Of a stretch of DNA of 64,000 bases, positions 51,542 to 60,285 are shown piece after piece. The notes beneath the pieces are model-generated. The model made no database searches. It had not been told where the DNA came from and was given only the letters and a program-made list of their open reading frames with translations. Source of the stretch: a virus (lineage: Duplodnaviria; Caudoviricetes); IMG/VR virus record IMGVR_UViG_2603880214_000004, positions 1 through 64,000 of that record; one strand, 5' to 3'. How positions within the stretch are numbered: position 1 is the stretch's first letter; each line of letters opens with the position of its first letter. The position numbers were made by a program, and so were the translations under genes.

Positions 51542-51781
51542 TTAAACTGCTTTTTCTGCGTTGTTTTTTGCCTCTAATTCCTTATTTAAAAATTCTATTC
51601 GTCGTTGGATAAATTCAATTTCGCTTCGGCGAGCTGCATTATATCCTTTAAAATGACCTTTTGCATATCCATCAGCAGATTTTATTTCCTTTTCGAAATC
51701 ATTAATGCTATCCGTTAAGAATTGAATGCGTTCATTCATTACTTCTATGAAATATTCAACGGACTTTCGCTCCATACCCAT
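51542..51781 (-). CDS. Coiled-coil hypothetical protein
   Basis: RBS AAGGAG. Confidence 0.6.
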   Translation of the reverse strand: MGMERKSVEYFIEVMNERIQFLTDSINDFEKEIKSADGYAKGHFKGYNAARRSEIEFIQRRIEFLNKELEAKNNAEKAV

Positions 51782-51816
51782 ATAAACAGCTCCTTTTGTA
51801 AAATTACACTATTGTT

Positions 51817-52077
51817 TTACATATCCCAAAAATCATCAGCTTTTGCATTTGGTTTTACATGACGAATGGCTCTCAATATTTTTTTCATAACAGTTGGACT
51901 AGGTATGTACTCTTTATCATTACACGCTTTCGAAACAGTAGGTCGGCTTAACTTAGCGGTCTTTTCTAAATCATGTTGATTAAATCCGTTCCGATCCAAA
52001 AAATCACCTAATTTTGTACGTTTCTTTCCTCCGAACTTCCAAAACACGTTTATCCCTCCCGAACTTATTTTCAACAT
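51817..52077 (-). CDS. XRE-type HTH regulator
   Basis: NQHDLEKTAKLSRPTVSKAC. Confidence 0.75.
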   Translation of the reverse strand: MLKISSGGINVFWKFGGKKRTKLGDFLDRNGFNQHDLEKTAKLSRPTVSKACNDKEYIPSPTVMKKILRAIRHVKPNAKADDFWDM

Positions 52078-52155
52078 TCTCGTCGAAAACGTAAAAAAAT
52101 ATTCGCGTAGACCGAAAAAGTTTTTTACATATTGTCCAAGCTGTACCCCATATGC

Positions 52156-52301
52156 TTTATCAAGGTCGCTACCAAAGTAGTTATCAAACTTATTATCAAA
52201 GTGGCTACCAAAGTAAATAGCTTAATTACTATCAAGGTAACTAGTATTTGTACTATCAAAGTAGCTATCAAGTTAGCTATCAAAGTAACACTATCAAGGT
52301 A
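52156..52301. repeat. Degenerate 12-bp direct repeats (CTAYCAARGTAR-like)
   Basis: About 10 copies of tatcaa/taccaa-based units upstream of the FtsK operon. Confidence 0.8.
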
Positions 52302-52363
52302 TGAGGGCGATAAACCTACGTGTCATAAGGATTCTAAATTCTGTTTATAAAGGGGAGTTTTAT

Positions 52364-52558
52364 ATGTTAACTACATTTATTTCTTTAGGAGTTTTAGGAG
52401 CAACAACAATTGGTGGAGCAATATTAGAGAAACATCTTGTAAAGAATGAACACGTTGCGGCAGCTAAACTTTTAAGTGAGGGAATGTATCACGGAATGAG
52501 GATAGGCGGAGTTTGTTTCATCGGTTATGTATTTATCAAAATCTTAATCATGTTCTAG
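52364..52558 (+). CDS. Small membrane protein
   Basis: RBS AAGGGGAG; two TMs. Confidence 0.65.
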   Translation: MLTTFISLGVLGATTIGGAILEKHLVKNEHVAAAKLLSEGMYHGMRIGGVCFIGYVFIKILIMF

Positions 52559-52569
52559 GAGGATGTGAA

Positions 52570-53736
52570 ATGGGGATCATCAAAGAATGGATTCATAAAC
52601 AAAATTTAAAGAACCAACTTATAGAAGTATTCGGAAAAGCAGGGTTATTTGTGGACCATCAAACACGGGGTGGGAAAGTGCCAATTTATCCAAAGATACA
52701 CAACATTTCCGCCACAAAAGAGAGCGTTAGATATATATTTACCATTCCGAACGGTCTAGATCCGAAGACAATTGAAAAGAAATGGTTTTGCTTTCAACAA
52801 ATACTAGGACGGAATGTAGCAATTGAAGGGGATATCAAAAAGTTTGTACTTAATGTGTTTCATTCTGATGCAGGGCTAAAACCATACAATTACAGTTATA
52901 AGAAATGGCAGCCGTTACTAAAACAGCATCGTCTACCTGTTGTGGTAGGTCGTGACCAATTCGGAAACATGATTGTATATGACATGGTTGAAGCGAATGC
53001 ACCGCATTTACTCATTGCAGGAGAAACAGGAAGTGGTAAAAGTAGTATGGTACGCGTTGTCCTGTCCACACTGATTCAAAGCATGTCTCCTGATAAATTA
53101 CATTTGTACCTGGGTGACTTAAAAAACTCTGAATTTCATTTCTTGAGGAGAGTAAAACACGTAAAAGAGGTTTGCATGGAAGAAATCGAAATGAAGATTA
53201 TGTTGCAGAAAGTGTGGAAGGAAATACGCGAACGTAGAAAATTGATGGAAGAGTATGAAGTGGATCATATTGATGAATATAACAAATTGAATCCTGATAA
53301 TCAGAAACCATACATTTTATTAGCAAGTGATGAAGTGGCCATGTTGCAAGACGAAAAGGAATGTATGTCTACAATTGAAAAGATATCGGCAGTTGGCAGG
53401 GCACTTGGAGTCTTCCTTATGCTTTCTATGCAACGTCCTGACGCAAAAGTATTAGATGGTAAGTTAAAGCTGAATATGACCGTTAGAATGGGCTTTAAAT
53501 GCGATAGTACGATTAACAGTAATATCATGGGTACACCTGGTTCAGAACACTTGGAGCAATCGGGCCAAATGATATTGAAATTAAATGGATTAAAGAAAGT
53601 GCAAGCTCCTTATTTAGAATTAAGCAAAGCGAAACAAATCGTTGAACCTTATCGGATTCCCAAAGAGGATACAAAGCTTCAGAATCCTCCACAAGAAAAG
53701 AACCAATTATTCGGGGTGTTAGATTATGAAGAATAG
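52570..53736 (+). CDS. FtsK/SpoIIIE-family ATPase
   Basis: PHLLIAGETGSGKS, DE, GRALG, QRP. Confidence 0.92.
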   Translation: MGIIKEWIHKQNLKNQLIEVFGKAGLFVDHQTRGGKVPIYPKIHNISATKESVRYIFTIPNGLDPKTIEKKWFCFQQILGRNVAIEGDIKKFVLNVFHSDAGLKPYNYSYKKWQPLLKQHRLPVVVGRDQFGNMIVYDMVEANAPHLLIAGETGSGKSSMVRVVLSTLIQSMSPDKLHLYLGDLKNSEFHFLRRVKHVKEVCMEEIEMKIMLQKVWKEIRERRKLMEEYEVDHIDEYNKLNPDNQKPYILLASDEVAMLQDEKECMSTIEKISAVGRALGVFLMLSMQRPDAKVLDGKLKLNMTVRMGFKCDSTINSNIMGTPGSEHLEQSGQMILKLNGLKKVQAPYLELSKAKQIVEPYRIPKEDTKLQNPPQEKNQLFGVLDYEE

Positions 53737-54334
53737 AGATAAAGCGATACTGAGCGATTTGAAACGGTTTAGATGTATGTCACGCAATGACATTATAGAT
53801 TTGCATTTTCATGGAGTAAAAAACGCGGTTACTTGCTGTAACACGGTGATGAAACGATTAAGGAGAGACGGTCATGTGGATGCCAATATCTCACAGCAGC
53901 CATTTATATATTTCCCTCAACCTAGCACACTTCGAAAAACTAGCCAAAAGATTCCCCACTTCCTCGGTATTGTGGATATATATAAACAGCTTATCCATTA
54001 TGAAAGGCCGAAACTATTTAAAGTGGAACCAAAGTACGGGAAAGATTATATGGAACCTGATGCATTTACAATATGGCGCAGATCTCCATTCTTTATTGAA
54101 GTGCAGAAGTCAGTTTACAGCAAGAAGGTTATGCAAGATAAAATCAACAGGTATGAATTATACTTCCACAGTCAGGAATGGCATAACGAGTCATGGCAGC
54201 CGAAAGGATCTAAATACTTCCCATCAATCCTCATTATTACTGATAAACAGTACGATATTAATTCTTCTAATTTACGAATCTTTCAAGCTTCTTCAATTAG
54301 CAATTTTATGGAGAGCCTTGCTGTAAAAGCATAA
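53726..54334 (+). CDS. Replication-relaxation family protein
   Basis: wHTH, HFLGI, EPDAF, FIEVQ. Confidence 0.8.
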   Translation: MKNRDKAILSDLKRFRCMSRNDIIDLHFHGVKNAVTCCNTVMKRLRRDGHVDANISQQPFIYFPQPSTLRKTSQKIPHFLGIVDIYKQLIHYERPKLFKVEPKYGKDYMEPDAFTIWRRSPFFIEVQKSVYSKKVMQDKINRYELYFHSQEWHNESWQPKGSKYFPSILIITDKQYDINSSNLRIFQASSISNFMESLAVKA

Positions 54335-54351
54335 TAAGGAGAGTTTTATTA

Positions 54352-54516
54352 GTGGGAATTGCATCCGTTGTAGCGTTATGCGGTGGGCTGTTCATTATGG
54401 TTGGTAGCCAGGAACGGGGATTCTCGCTAATAAGTCGTGCAGGAATTGGTTATATAGTGGTGCAAATGATTCCATTGTTTATGAGATTACTTGTTGAGAT
54501 TGCGAAAGCTATTTAG
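54352..54516 (+). CDS. Small two-TM pilin-like protein (54 aa; not in ORF track)
   Basis: GIASVVALCGGLFIMVG..AGIGYIVVQMIP. Confidence 0.55.
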   Translation: MGIASVVALCGGLFIMVGSQERGFSLISRAGIGYIVVQMIPLFMRLLVEIAKAI

Positions 54517-54691
54517 TCCTACAAATGTAGGGCTTTTTCTTTGCAGAAATTTCTTAACCGTCATGAGACATAGAGTGATTCAATATTCTAAATAATATAA
54601 TTTTTACTTGATTTTTTTGGAAAAAACAGTAATTATATGAATGTGTAACTCTAATATTATATTAGAAACAATAGAAATAAGGGGGGTATAA

Positions 54692-55540
54692 GTGGGAGAT
54701 ATTAAAGTTACTCCAGAGGAATTAAGAAATAGAGCAAAAACTTTTAAATATGCTAGTGCTGAAGCAACCGATCGTCATAATAGAATTCTTTCAGAAGTGT
54801 TTAATCTTCAAATGAGATGGATAGGAGCTTCTAGTTTAACTTTTTATAATGATTTGCCTCGATTTAATAAGTCTTATGAAGAGTATGTTCAATGTTTGAA
54901 CCATATTGAAAGTGAATTGGAACGCATAGCAGAAAAATTTGAACAGGCAGATAATCATTATATATTTAAAGATGCAGGCGCAGTGATTGGCGATTCAATA
55001 AAAGATAATAGTCCTTTTGCTCAAGTTTTAAATTATAATACAGATATAACACTCCCTAAGAATGCAAAGACTTTTTTTGATGATGTAAATGGATATGATA
55101 AGATAGGTGGAGAGGCTAAAGGGGCAGTTATAGATGCTGGATTTAAGGTTGGAGATTTTACTATACATGAACAACTTCTTAGAGGTGAGGTTAAGGCGCA
55201 ATTTGGCGGAGGAATAGGTGGAGAAGCTAAAGCTGGAGTAACTTTTAATGATTTTGGAGTAGATCATGAAGATGGAAAAGTCCATGTGAAAGTTGGGAAT
55301 GCTGAAGCTGGTGTTGAGGCTAAAGATGGTCATGTTGGCATTGGAGCTAAAGCAGATTTAATTAAAGGGGAAGCTGAAGTTAAAATTCCTATTCCTTTTA
55401 TTGATGATTGGAAGATAGTGGTTGGTGGAGAGGCAGCTTATGGTAGTATAGGCGGGGAAGCCAAACTGGGATTAATGAACGAGCTTGATGTTGGTTTTGG
55501 AATAGGATTAGGTGTAAAATTTGGAGTTGAAAAAGACTAA
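54692..55540 (+). CDS. WXG100-domain putative T7SS effector with Gly-rich C-terminus
   Basis: IKVTPEELR..WIG..AEKFEQAD; GGEAKAGV-type repeats. Confidence 0.8.
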   Translation: MGDIKVTPEELRNRAKTFKYASAEATDRHNRILSEVFNLQMRWIGASSLTFYNDLPRFNKSYEEYVQCLNHIESELERIAEKFEQADNHYIFKDAGAVIGDSIKDNSPFAQVLNYNTDITLPKNAKTFFDDVNGYDKIGGEAKGAVIDAGFKVGDFTIHEQLLRGEVKAQFGGGIGGEAKAGVTFNDFGVDHEDGKVHVKVGNAEAGVEAKDGHVGIGAKADLIKGEAEVKIPIPFIDDWKIVVGGEAAYGSIGGEAKLGLMNELDVGFGIGLGVKFGVEKD

Positions 55541-55568
55541 ATAGTTTGTTTTTTATAGGGGGGATAAG

Positions 55569-55787
55569 ATGCTTTCTTTAGATGTATTTAGGAAGATTTT
55601 AACGATTTTTTGTGCTATTGCTGTTCCTGCTAGTCTATTGGCTATATGGTTTGGAGCAGATGCTACATTGAAAGAAAAAATGATTTTATCAGTGGTATTT
55701 TGTGTAGTAATGCCATTATTTATTTTCATATTTTATAAGATTGTTTCATTTTTTTTTAAGAAATCTTATTCTTCAAAGAAGTATTAA
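55569..55787 (+). CDS. Two-TM protein, putative immunity
   Basis: Directly downstream of the effector. Confidence 0.6.
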   Translation: MLSLDVFRKILTIFCAIAVPASLLAIWFGADATLKEKMILSVVFCVVMPLFIFIFYKIVSFFFKKSYSSKKY

Positions 55788-55818
55788 TTTTATAATTTAT
55801 TAGAAGGGGTTTTTAATT

Positions 55819-56106
55819 ATGGAAAATACATATGTACCAAATTTATTAATTGGAGAAGATTTATTACCAATTGGTTCTGTAGTTCTTGTTGAGGGTATTA
55901 ATCAACCTCTTATGGTTTATGGTAGAAAGCAACAACAAGCAAATGAAGACAAAATGTGGGATTATGTATCTTGTCCTTATCCACATGGTAATTTATCTAA
56001 AGAATACAATGTATTTTTTAATCATAATCAGATAGCAAGCTTATTTTTTAAGGGGTTTGAAACAGTTGAAGAGTTAGAATTAAGAAATAAGTTATCGGAA
56101 TTTTAG
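55819..56106 (+). CDS. DUF4176 protein
   Basis: LLPIGSVV, WDYVSCPYPHG, FFNH..FKGF. Confidence 0.85.
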   Translation: MENTYVPNLLIGEDLLPIGSVVLVEGINQPLMVYGRKQQQANEDKMWDYVSCPYPHGNLSKEYNVFFNHNQIASLFFKGFETVEELELRNKLSEF

Positions 56107-56363
56107 TGAAAGGGCAGACTAATTTTATGTTCTTAGGATTTGGATGGTTTCCAAAGAGATGGGGAAAAAGGAAGGTTTCAGAAAAATTTCTGCAAGCAAA
56201 ATTTGCTGATGAAGGAAAAGGGATTTTGATTATTACTTATGCTATAGATTTATATGTGATATCTATTCCTTTAAAAGTAAAGAAACATAATTCACTTTAA
56301 TTTCTATTGAATATAGAAGTGATTATGCTACGAAAGTCATGTGTATACATGGCTTTTTTATTT

Positions 56364-56390
56364 GCAGGAATTTCTTAACCACCATGGAAT
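56364..56390 (+). promoter_or_regulatory. SigH-like promoter
   Basis: GCAGGAATT-N-GAAT. Confidence 0.65.
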
Positions 56391-56417
56391 ACTCTCACTA
56401 GGAGGTGTTGTGACGTT

Positions 56418-57005
56418 ATGACGGACGAAATTGTTTATTCTGCTAGTGAAGTATATAAACGACTAGGAATAAGTGATAGCACCCTTAGAAAGTACATGGA
56501 AGTATTGTCACGTGAGGGATTCGCAGTAAAGAAAGATAATCGCGGCAGACGCCAGTACACAGACAATGACATTATGGTGATTGAAAAATTAATTGAACTG
56601 AGTAAGCATGACGGTATGACGCTAGAAAAGGCAGCGAAGATGATTGCACAGCAAATAGAGAAAGTTAATCCGGATCTGATTCAAGAAGAGTCTGAGGAAA
56701 CGGACTTAGTGCCATTCCATATTAAACAGCAACTACAGGAACAGTACAGCGTTATGGCGCAAGAAATGAATCAGAGTATGTTAGCAATGGAGAAGCGATT
56801 AAGTGAGCAGGCCAAACAAAGTAACGAGGAAATCAAAGCGAGTGTAGAAGCGCACAATGAACGAGTGGAAAAACGATTGGAAGCTCGAGACGAAACCCTT
56901 ATGAAGACACTACGTGAGATGCAGGAAACCAAGAGATTAATGCAGGAATTTCGTGATGAGGTTGCTGCGGCGAAAGAGAAGAAACCGTGGTGGAAGTTCT
57001 GGTGA
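56418..57005 (+). CDS. MerR-like HTH/coiled-coil protein (DUF3967, RacA-like architecture)
   Basis: LGISDSTLRKY..GRRQYT; coiled coil; KKPWWKFW tail. Confidence 0.8.
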   Translation: MTDEIVYSASEVYKRLGISDSTLRKYMEVLSREGFAVKKDNRGRRQYTDNDIMVIEKLIELSKHDGMTLEKAAKMIAQQIEKVNPDLIQEESEETDLVPFHIKQQLQEQYSVMAQEMNQSMLAMEKRLSEQAKQSNEEIKASVEAHNERVEKRLEARDETLMKTLREMQETKRLMQEFRDEVAAAKEKKPWWKFW

Positions 57006-57078
57006 ATATATTTACACAAATTATGAACAAGTAGAGAGGGAAAATGCATACCTTTCTACTTGTTTTTATTTATGTATT

Positions 57079-57276
57079 TTATATATCCCAAAAGTCATTA
57101 TTTATATCACTGTTATTTTTATATTCACTCTTTTCTTTTCCGCACTTTTCGCATTTATAATAACTAAATATGCCCATTTTCCCTCTTTTAAAATCTTCAC
57201 TATCTTGAGCCTTAATAAAGTTATATTTGTGTATACATTTAGGTTCTTTTACTTTATCAATCCATTCTCTTAACAT
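57079..57276 (-). CDS. Small Zn-binding protein
   Basis: CIHKY..CEKCGK; RBS AAGGGGAG. Confidence 0.6.
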   Translation of the reverse strand: MLREWIDKVKEPKCIHKYNFIKAQDSEDFKRGKMGIFSYYKCEKCGKEKSEYKNNSDINNDFWDI

Positions 57277-57490
57277 AAAGTAACCACTCCCCTTTACAGA
57301 ATATCCATTGTTTATTTCTACACTTAGTATATCCTACAAAATATTACCAAACAATAAACGGGTTATGTCTCAGCGGACAAATCAACACTTTCTTGGTACT
57401 AACTCATAAACATATCGTGAAAAATCGTTGTTGCGAAGGAGGAGAGAAAGCCGTGGTGGAAGTTTTGATTATTGATTTTTAAATAAACTA

Positions 57491-57574
57491 CGCAAAAGTA
57501 GAAAAGTAGAAAAGTAGAAAAGTAGAAAAGTAGAAAAGTAGAAAAGTATATATTTCTACTTTTCTACTTTTGCG
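57491..57574. repeat. (AAAAGTAG)x6-7 tandem array with inverted copies
   Basis: cgc(aaaagtag)6aaaagta-tatattt-ctacttttctacttttgcg. Confidence 0.95.
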
Positions 57575-57592
57575 AAAGGTGTATTTATTATT

Positions 57593-57630
57593 GGGGTACT
57601 GCTAGCATTTCGGAAAACCCCCACGCTAAG
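57593..57630 (+). mobile_element. Tn4430-like (Tn3 family) 38-bp terminal IR
   Basis: GGGGTACTGCTAGCATTTCGGAAAACCCCCACGCTAAG. Confidence 0.8.
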
Positions 57631-57729
57631 TAAAAACATAGAATAAGCTGCCCATATGGACAGCTTATTTACATAATTATCGTTATCAGAAGTTGATATA
57701 TGTAATTCATCTACGAAAAATTATCACTA

Positions 57730-58040
57730 TCAGACTGGAATTATGCTTTCTAACTCAGTAATTTTCTCGCTAATTAACTGCTCTATTTTTTTTATAAAAT
57801 CATCAATTTGACTAAGTTCCGTAAGGATAAATAAATTTGAACGCATCCAATAAGGCTTTGATTGCTTATTGTCAGCTACTACCTCAATGCCTACAATTCC
57901 TCTTTTATCATGTAAGAAGAATCTCATGGATAAGAAATGAGTTACATTGTCTATATCCTCACCTGAAACCCATTGAAACTCATTTATTTTAAAAGTGGAG
58001 AACTTGATTATGCCTTTTTTAAAATCTTCGAGATCTTCAT
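57730..58040 (-). pseudogene. Truncated, frameshifted gene cut by a Tn3-type IR at 58045
   Basis: The reading frame extends upstream of 57927, shifts, and stops at GGGGTCACCATATCATTTCGGGAAAA. Confidence 0.5.
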
Positions 58041-58168
58041 TGGTGGGGTCACCATATCATTTCGGGAAAATTGTACATTTAGATACAAAATAGACACAAT
58101 TTAATCAATTCCCTGTATGTTAAGGAACCGGTTAGCAATCCCAAAAAACACATCTAATAGTATCTTTT

Positions 58169-59272
58169 TTAGAATCGCTCAAGTAATATTTTATTAGAGC
58201 CGAATTTTTTAGTTTTACAAATACAATTTATATTTGGAAGCCATTCTTTTTCATGGGTAATTTCCAATGTTAAATAGTTAATTGATAATTTTTTTCCACT
58301 AGATGCCAAAGGGTGTTTTAAAGAATAATTAATAATTTCAGTGCAAATAAGATTGGCTATTAAACTAATGTATGGACCTATGGCAGTAGTAATTGTTTTG
58401 GATTCTAACTCTAATAATTTTTCTTTCTTCAAGGGATTGTTTCCTAATAAATCGTGATAAAAACATTCTAAACAAGGTGTCTGATTAGGAATGCTGGTCA
58501 AAATTTGACCTGTCACACACCCTAATCCACCTGTTATAAGGGGAATATTCCTTATCTGTGAAAATAAATTAGACCATAATTGAATATATATAGGGGGCTG
58601 ATCTGCTGCACAAATTAAAATATCAATGTCCTCAGGAAATACCTCTAATAAATCTTCTACACCATTTATGCGTTTTGTGAAACCTGTTATAGAAATCTCA
58701 TCATTGAAAGCTTTGATATTATTTATAGCTGATTGCACTTTATATTCACCTATATCAGATAATTTATATAAAAATTGCCTATTCAAATTCTTGTATTCAA
58801 TCTTATCAGGGTCTACTATATAAATAGTATTTACGCCTAATCCTGCCAATTGTAACAATAAATTACTTCCCAATCCCCCAAGACCAATAATACCAATTTT
58901 TAATTCCTGTAATTCCTTTAAAATATTCTCTGCTGAATTATGCATAGAAGAAAAATTTGAAAAGAAATGAAGATTTGTTAAATGTCGATTATTATCTATA
59001 TTAGGATTAGGTAAGCACTGTTCTACATGACCGTAATTATTTAATTCTTTGATAGTATCCCATACATCTTGTTTGGTTAATGAAGGGAATTTAGAGTGTA
59101 ATATTTTAAAAATTTCTGTCACGCTCTTATTTCCATCTAATAAATTAAGAAGTTCTTTAAGAAAACCATCGCTATCTTTCAATACACTCATAAAATTTCG
59201 ATCTTTACCAATAATAATTTCTGTATCACTTATATAAGTGACAGGATGTATATCTTTTATTTTATAAAACAT
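58169..59272 (-). CDS. ThiF/E1-like adenylyltransferase with N-terminal RRE-like domain (RiPP maturase)
   Basis: GLGGLG, DPD..NLNRQFLY, AADQP, PCLEC..CIC; ~100-aa wHTH-like N-terminus. Confidence 0.88.
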   Translation of the reverse strand: MFYKIKDIHPVTYISDTEIIIGKDRNFMSVLKDSDGFLKELLNLLDGNKSVTEIFKILHSKFPSLTKQDVWDTIKELNNYGHVEQCLPNPNIDNNRHLTNLHFFSNFSSMHNSAENILKELQELKIGIIGLGGLGSNLLLQLAGLGVNTIYIVDPDKIEYKNLNRQFLYKLSDIGEYKVQSAINNIKAFNDEISITGFTKRINGVEDLLEVFPEDIDILICAADQPPIYIQLWSNLFSQIRNIPLITGGLGCVTGQILTSIPNQTPCLECFYHDLLGNNPLKKEKLLELESKTITTAIGPYISLIANLICTEIINYSLKHPLASSGKKLSINYLTLEITHEKEWLPNINCICKTKKFGSNKILLERF

Positions 59273-59341
59273 GATAAAAAACACCTCAATATATAAGATT
59301 TAAAAAAGGTGCTTTAAGAATTAAAGCACCTTTTTTAAATC

Positions 59342-59425
59342 TTATGTTCCTCCAATAGTACCTCCCCAAATCCAATCCAAAAAACCTGATCTTTGATCAA
59401 TTCTTTCAATATCGATTTTATTCAT
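59342..59425 (-). CDS. Putative RiPP precursor MNKIDIERIDQRSGFLDWIWGGTIGGT (not in ORF track)
   Basis: RBS AGGTGA; directly upstream of thiF with a strong intervening hairpin (59297-59341). Confidence 0.75.
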   Translation of the reverse strand: MNKIDIERIDQRSGFLDWIWGGTIGGT

Positions 59426-59676
59426 GTGAACTACTCACCTGCCTTTATGTAAATAATACCATTTTTAACTTTATCTTTCAATAGTTAATTTTCTATATAT
59501 TTTTATAATTTAAAAATATATAGAACAAATATAAGAATTCAATATTTAGGGGAGTGAAGTATAGGGTTTTTTTGTAAAATTTTGAAATGAAGAGGAAACT
59601 TAAAGAAATTCTATTAGGAAATGTCATATGTTTATTAAAAACCTTTGAAAATATAAAATAAACTTGAAGTAAACGG

Positions 59677-60285
59677 TTGAGTGGGATCAACGTGTATATT
59701 ACGAATCTTTCTACAGAAAATGTTCCAACGGAACACATCCATGACTTGTATTCATTACGCTGGCAAATTGAAATTTTGTTCAAAACATGGAAATCTTTTT
59801 TTAAAATTGACAGGTGCAAAGAAATTAAGAAAGAACGCTTAGAATGCCATTTATATGGGCAACTCATTAGTATTTTACTCTGTTCATCGACGATGTTCAA
59901 AATGCGTCGGTTACTCTTAGATAAGAAAAAGAAAGAGTTAAGTGAATTCAAATCCATCTATATAATAAAGAATTATTATCTATTGTTTTATGAAGGATTA
60001 CAAAAAGATACCCAGGAATTAACAAAGATATTATTTCGTCTGTTCAATCTTTTACAGAAAAACGGAAGAAAATCCCATAGGTATGAGAAGAAAACAGTCT
60101 TTGATATCTTAGGTGTTGTATACAACTTTTCTATGTCTCACAATGATGTAGCGTAATTCAAAAAATTGAAACCCGATAGGGTTTATTTGGTATGCGAATC
60201 TTTAAAGAACTTACACCGGACCTTTAGAAAAAAGAAAAAATCTCACGTGAAATTAAACTTATATAATCTTAGCTTGATGGGCATG
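59677..60285 (+). mobile_element. IS231-like (IS4 family) 3' remnant with right IR
   Basis: [16 protein letters not shown] (YREK); IR tcttagcttgatgggcatg ending at 60285. Confidence 0.88.

Noticed and set aside
52132-52350. 72-aa ORF with IKVAT repeats
   Set aside because: Translation by-product of the 12-bp DNA repeats; no RBS
53874-54326. 150-aa alternative-frame ORF in the relaxase-like gene
   Set aside because: No motif or RBS, unlike the nested methyltransferase subunit
57491-57574. Possible CRISPR array
   Set aside because: 8-bp tandem units without spacers; no cas genes
58169-59425. Microcin C cluster or ubiquitin-like (E1-E2) defence system
   Set aside because: The precursor is not a short Asn-terminated peptide; no E2, JAB or Ubl-fold gene nearby
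59493-59957. 154-aa minus-strand ORF
   Set aside because: Antisense to the IS231 transposase remnant
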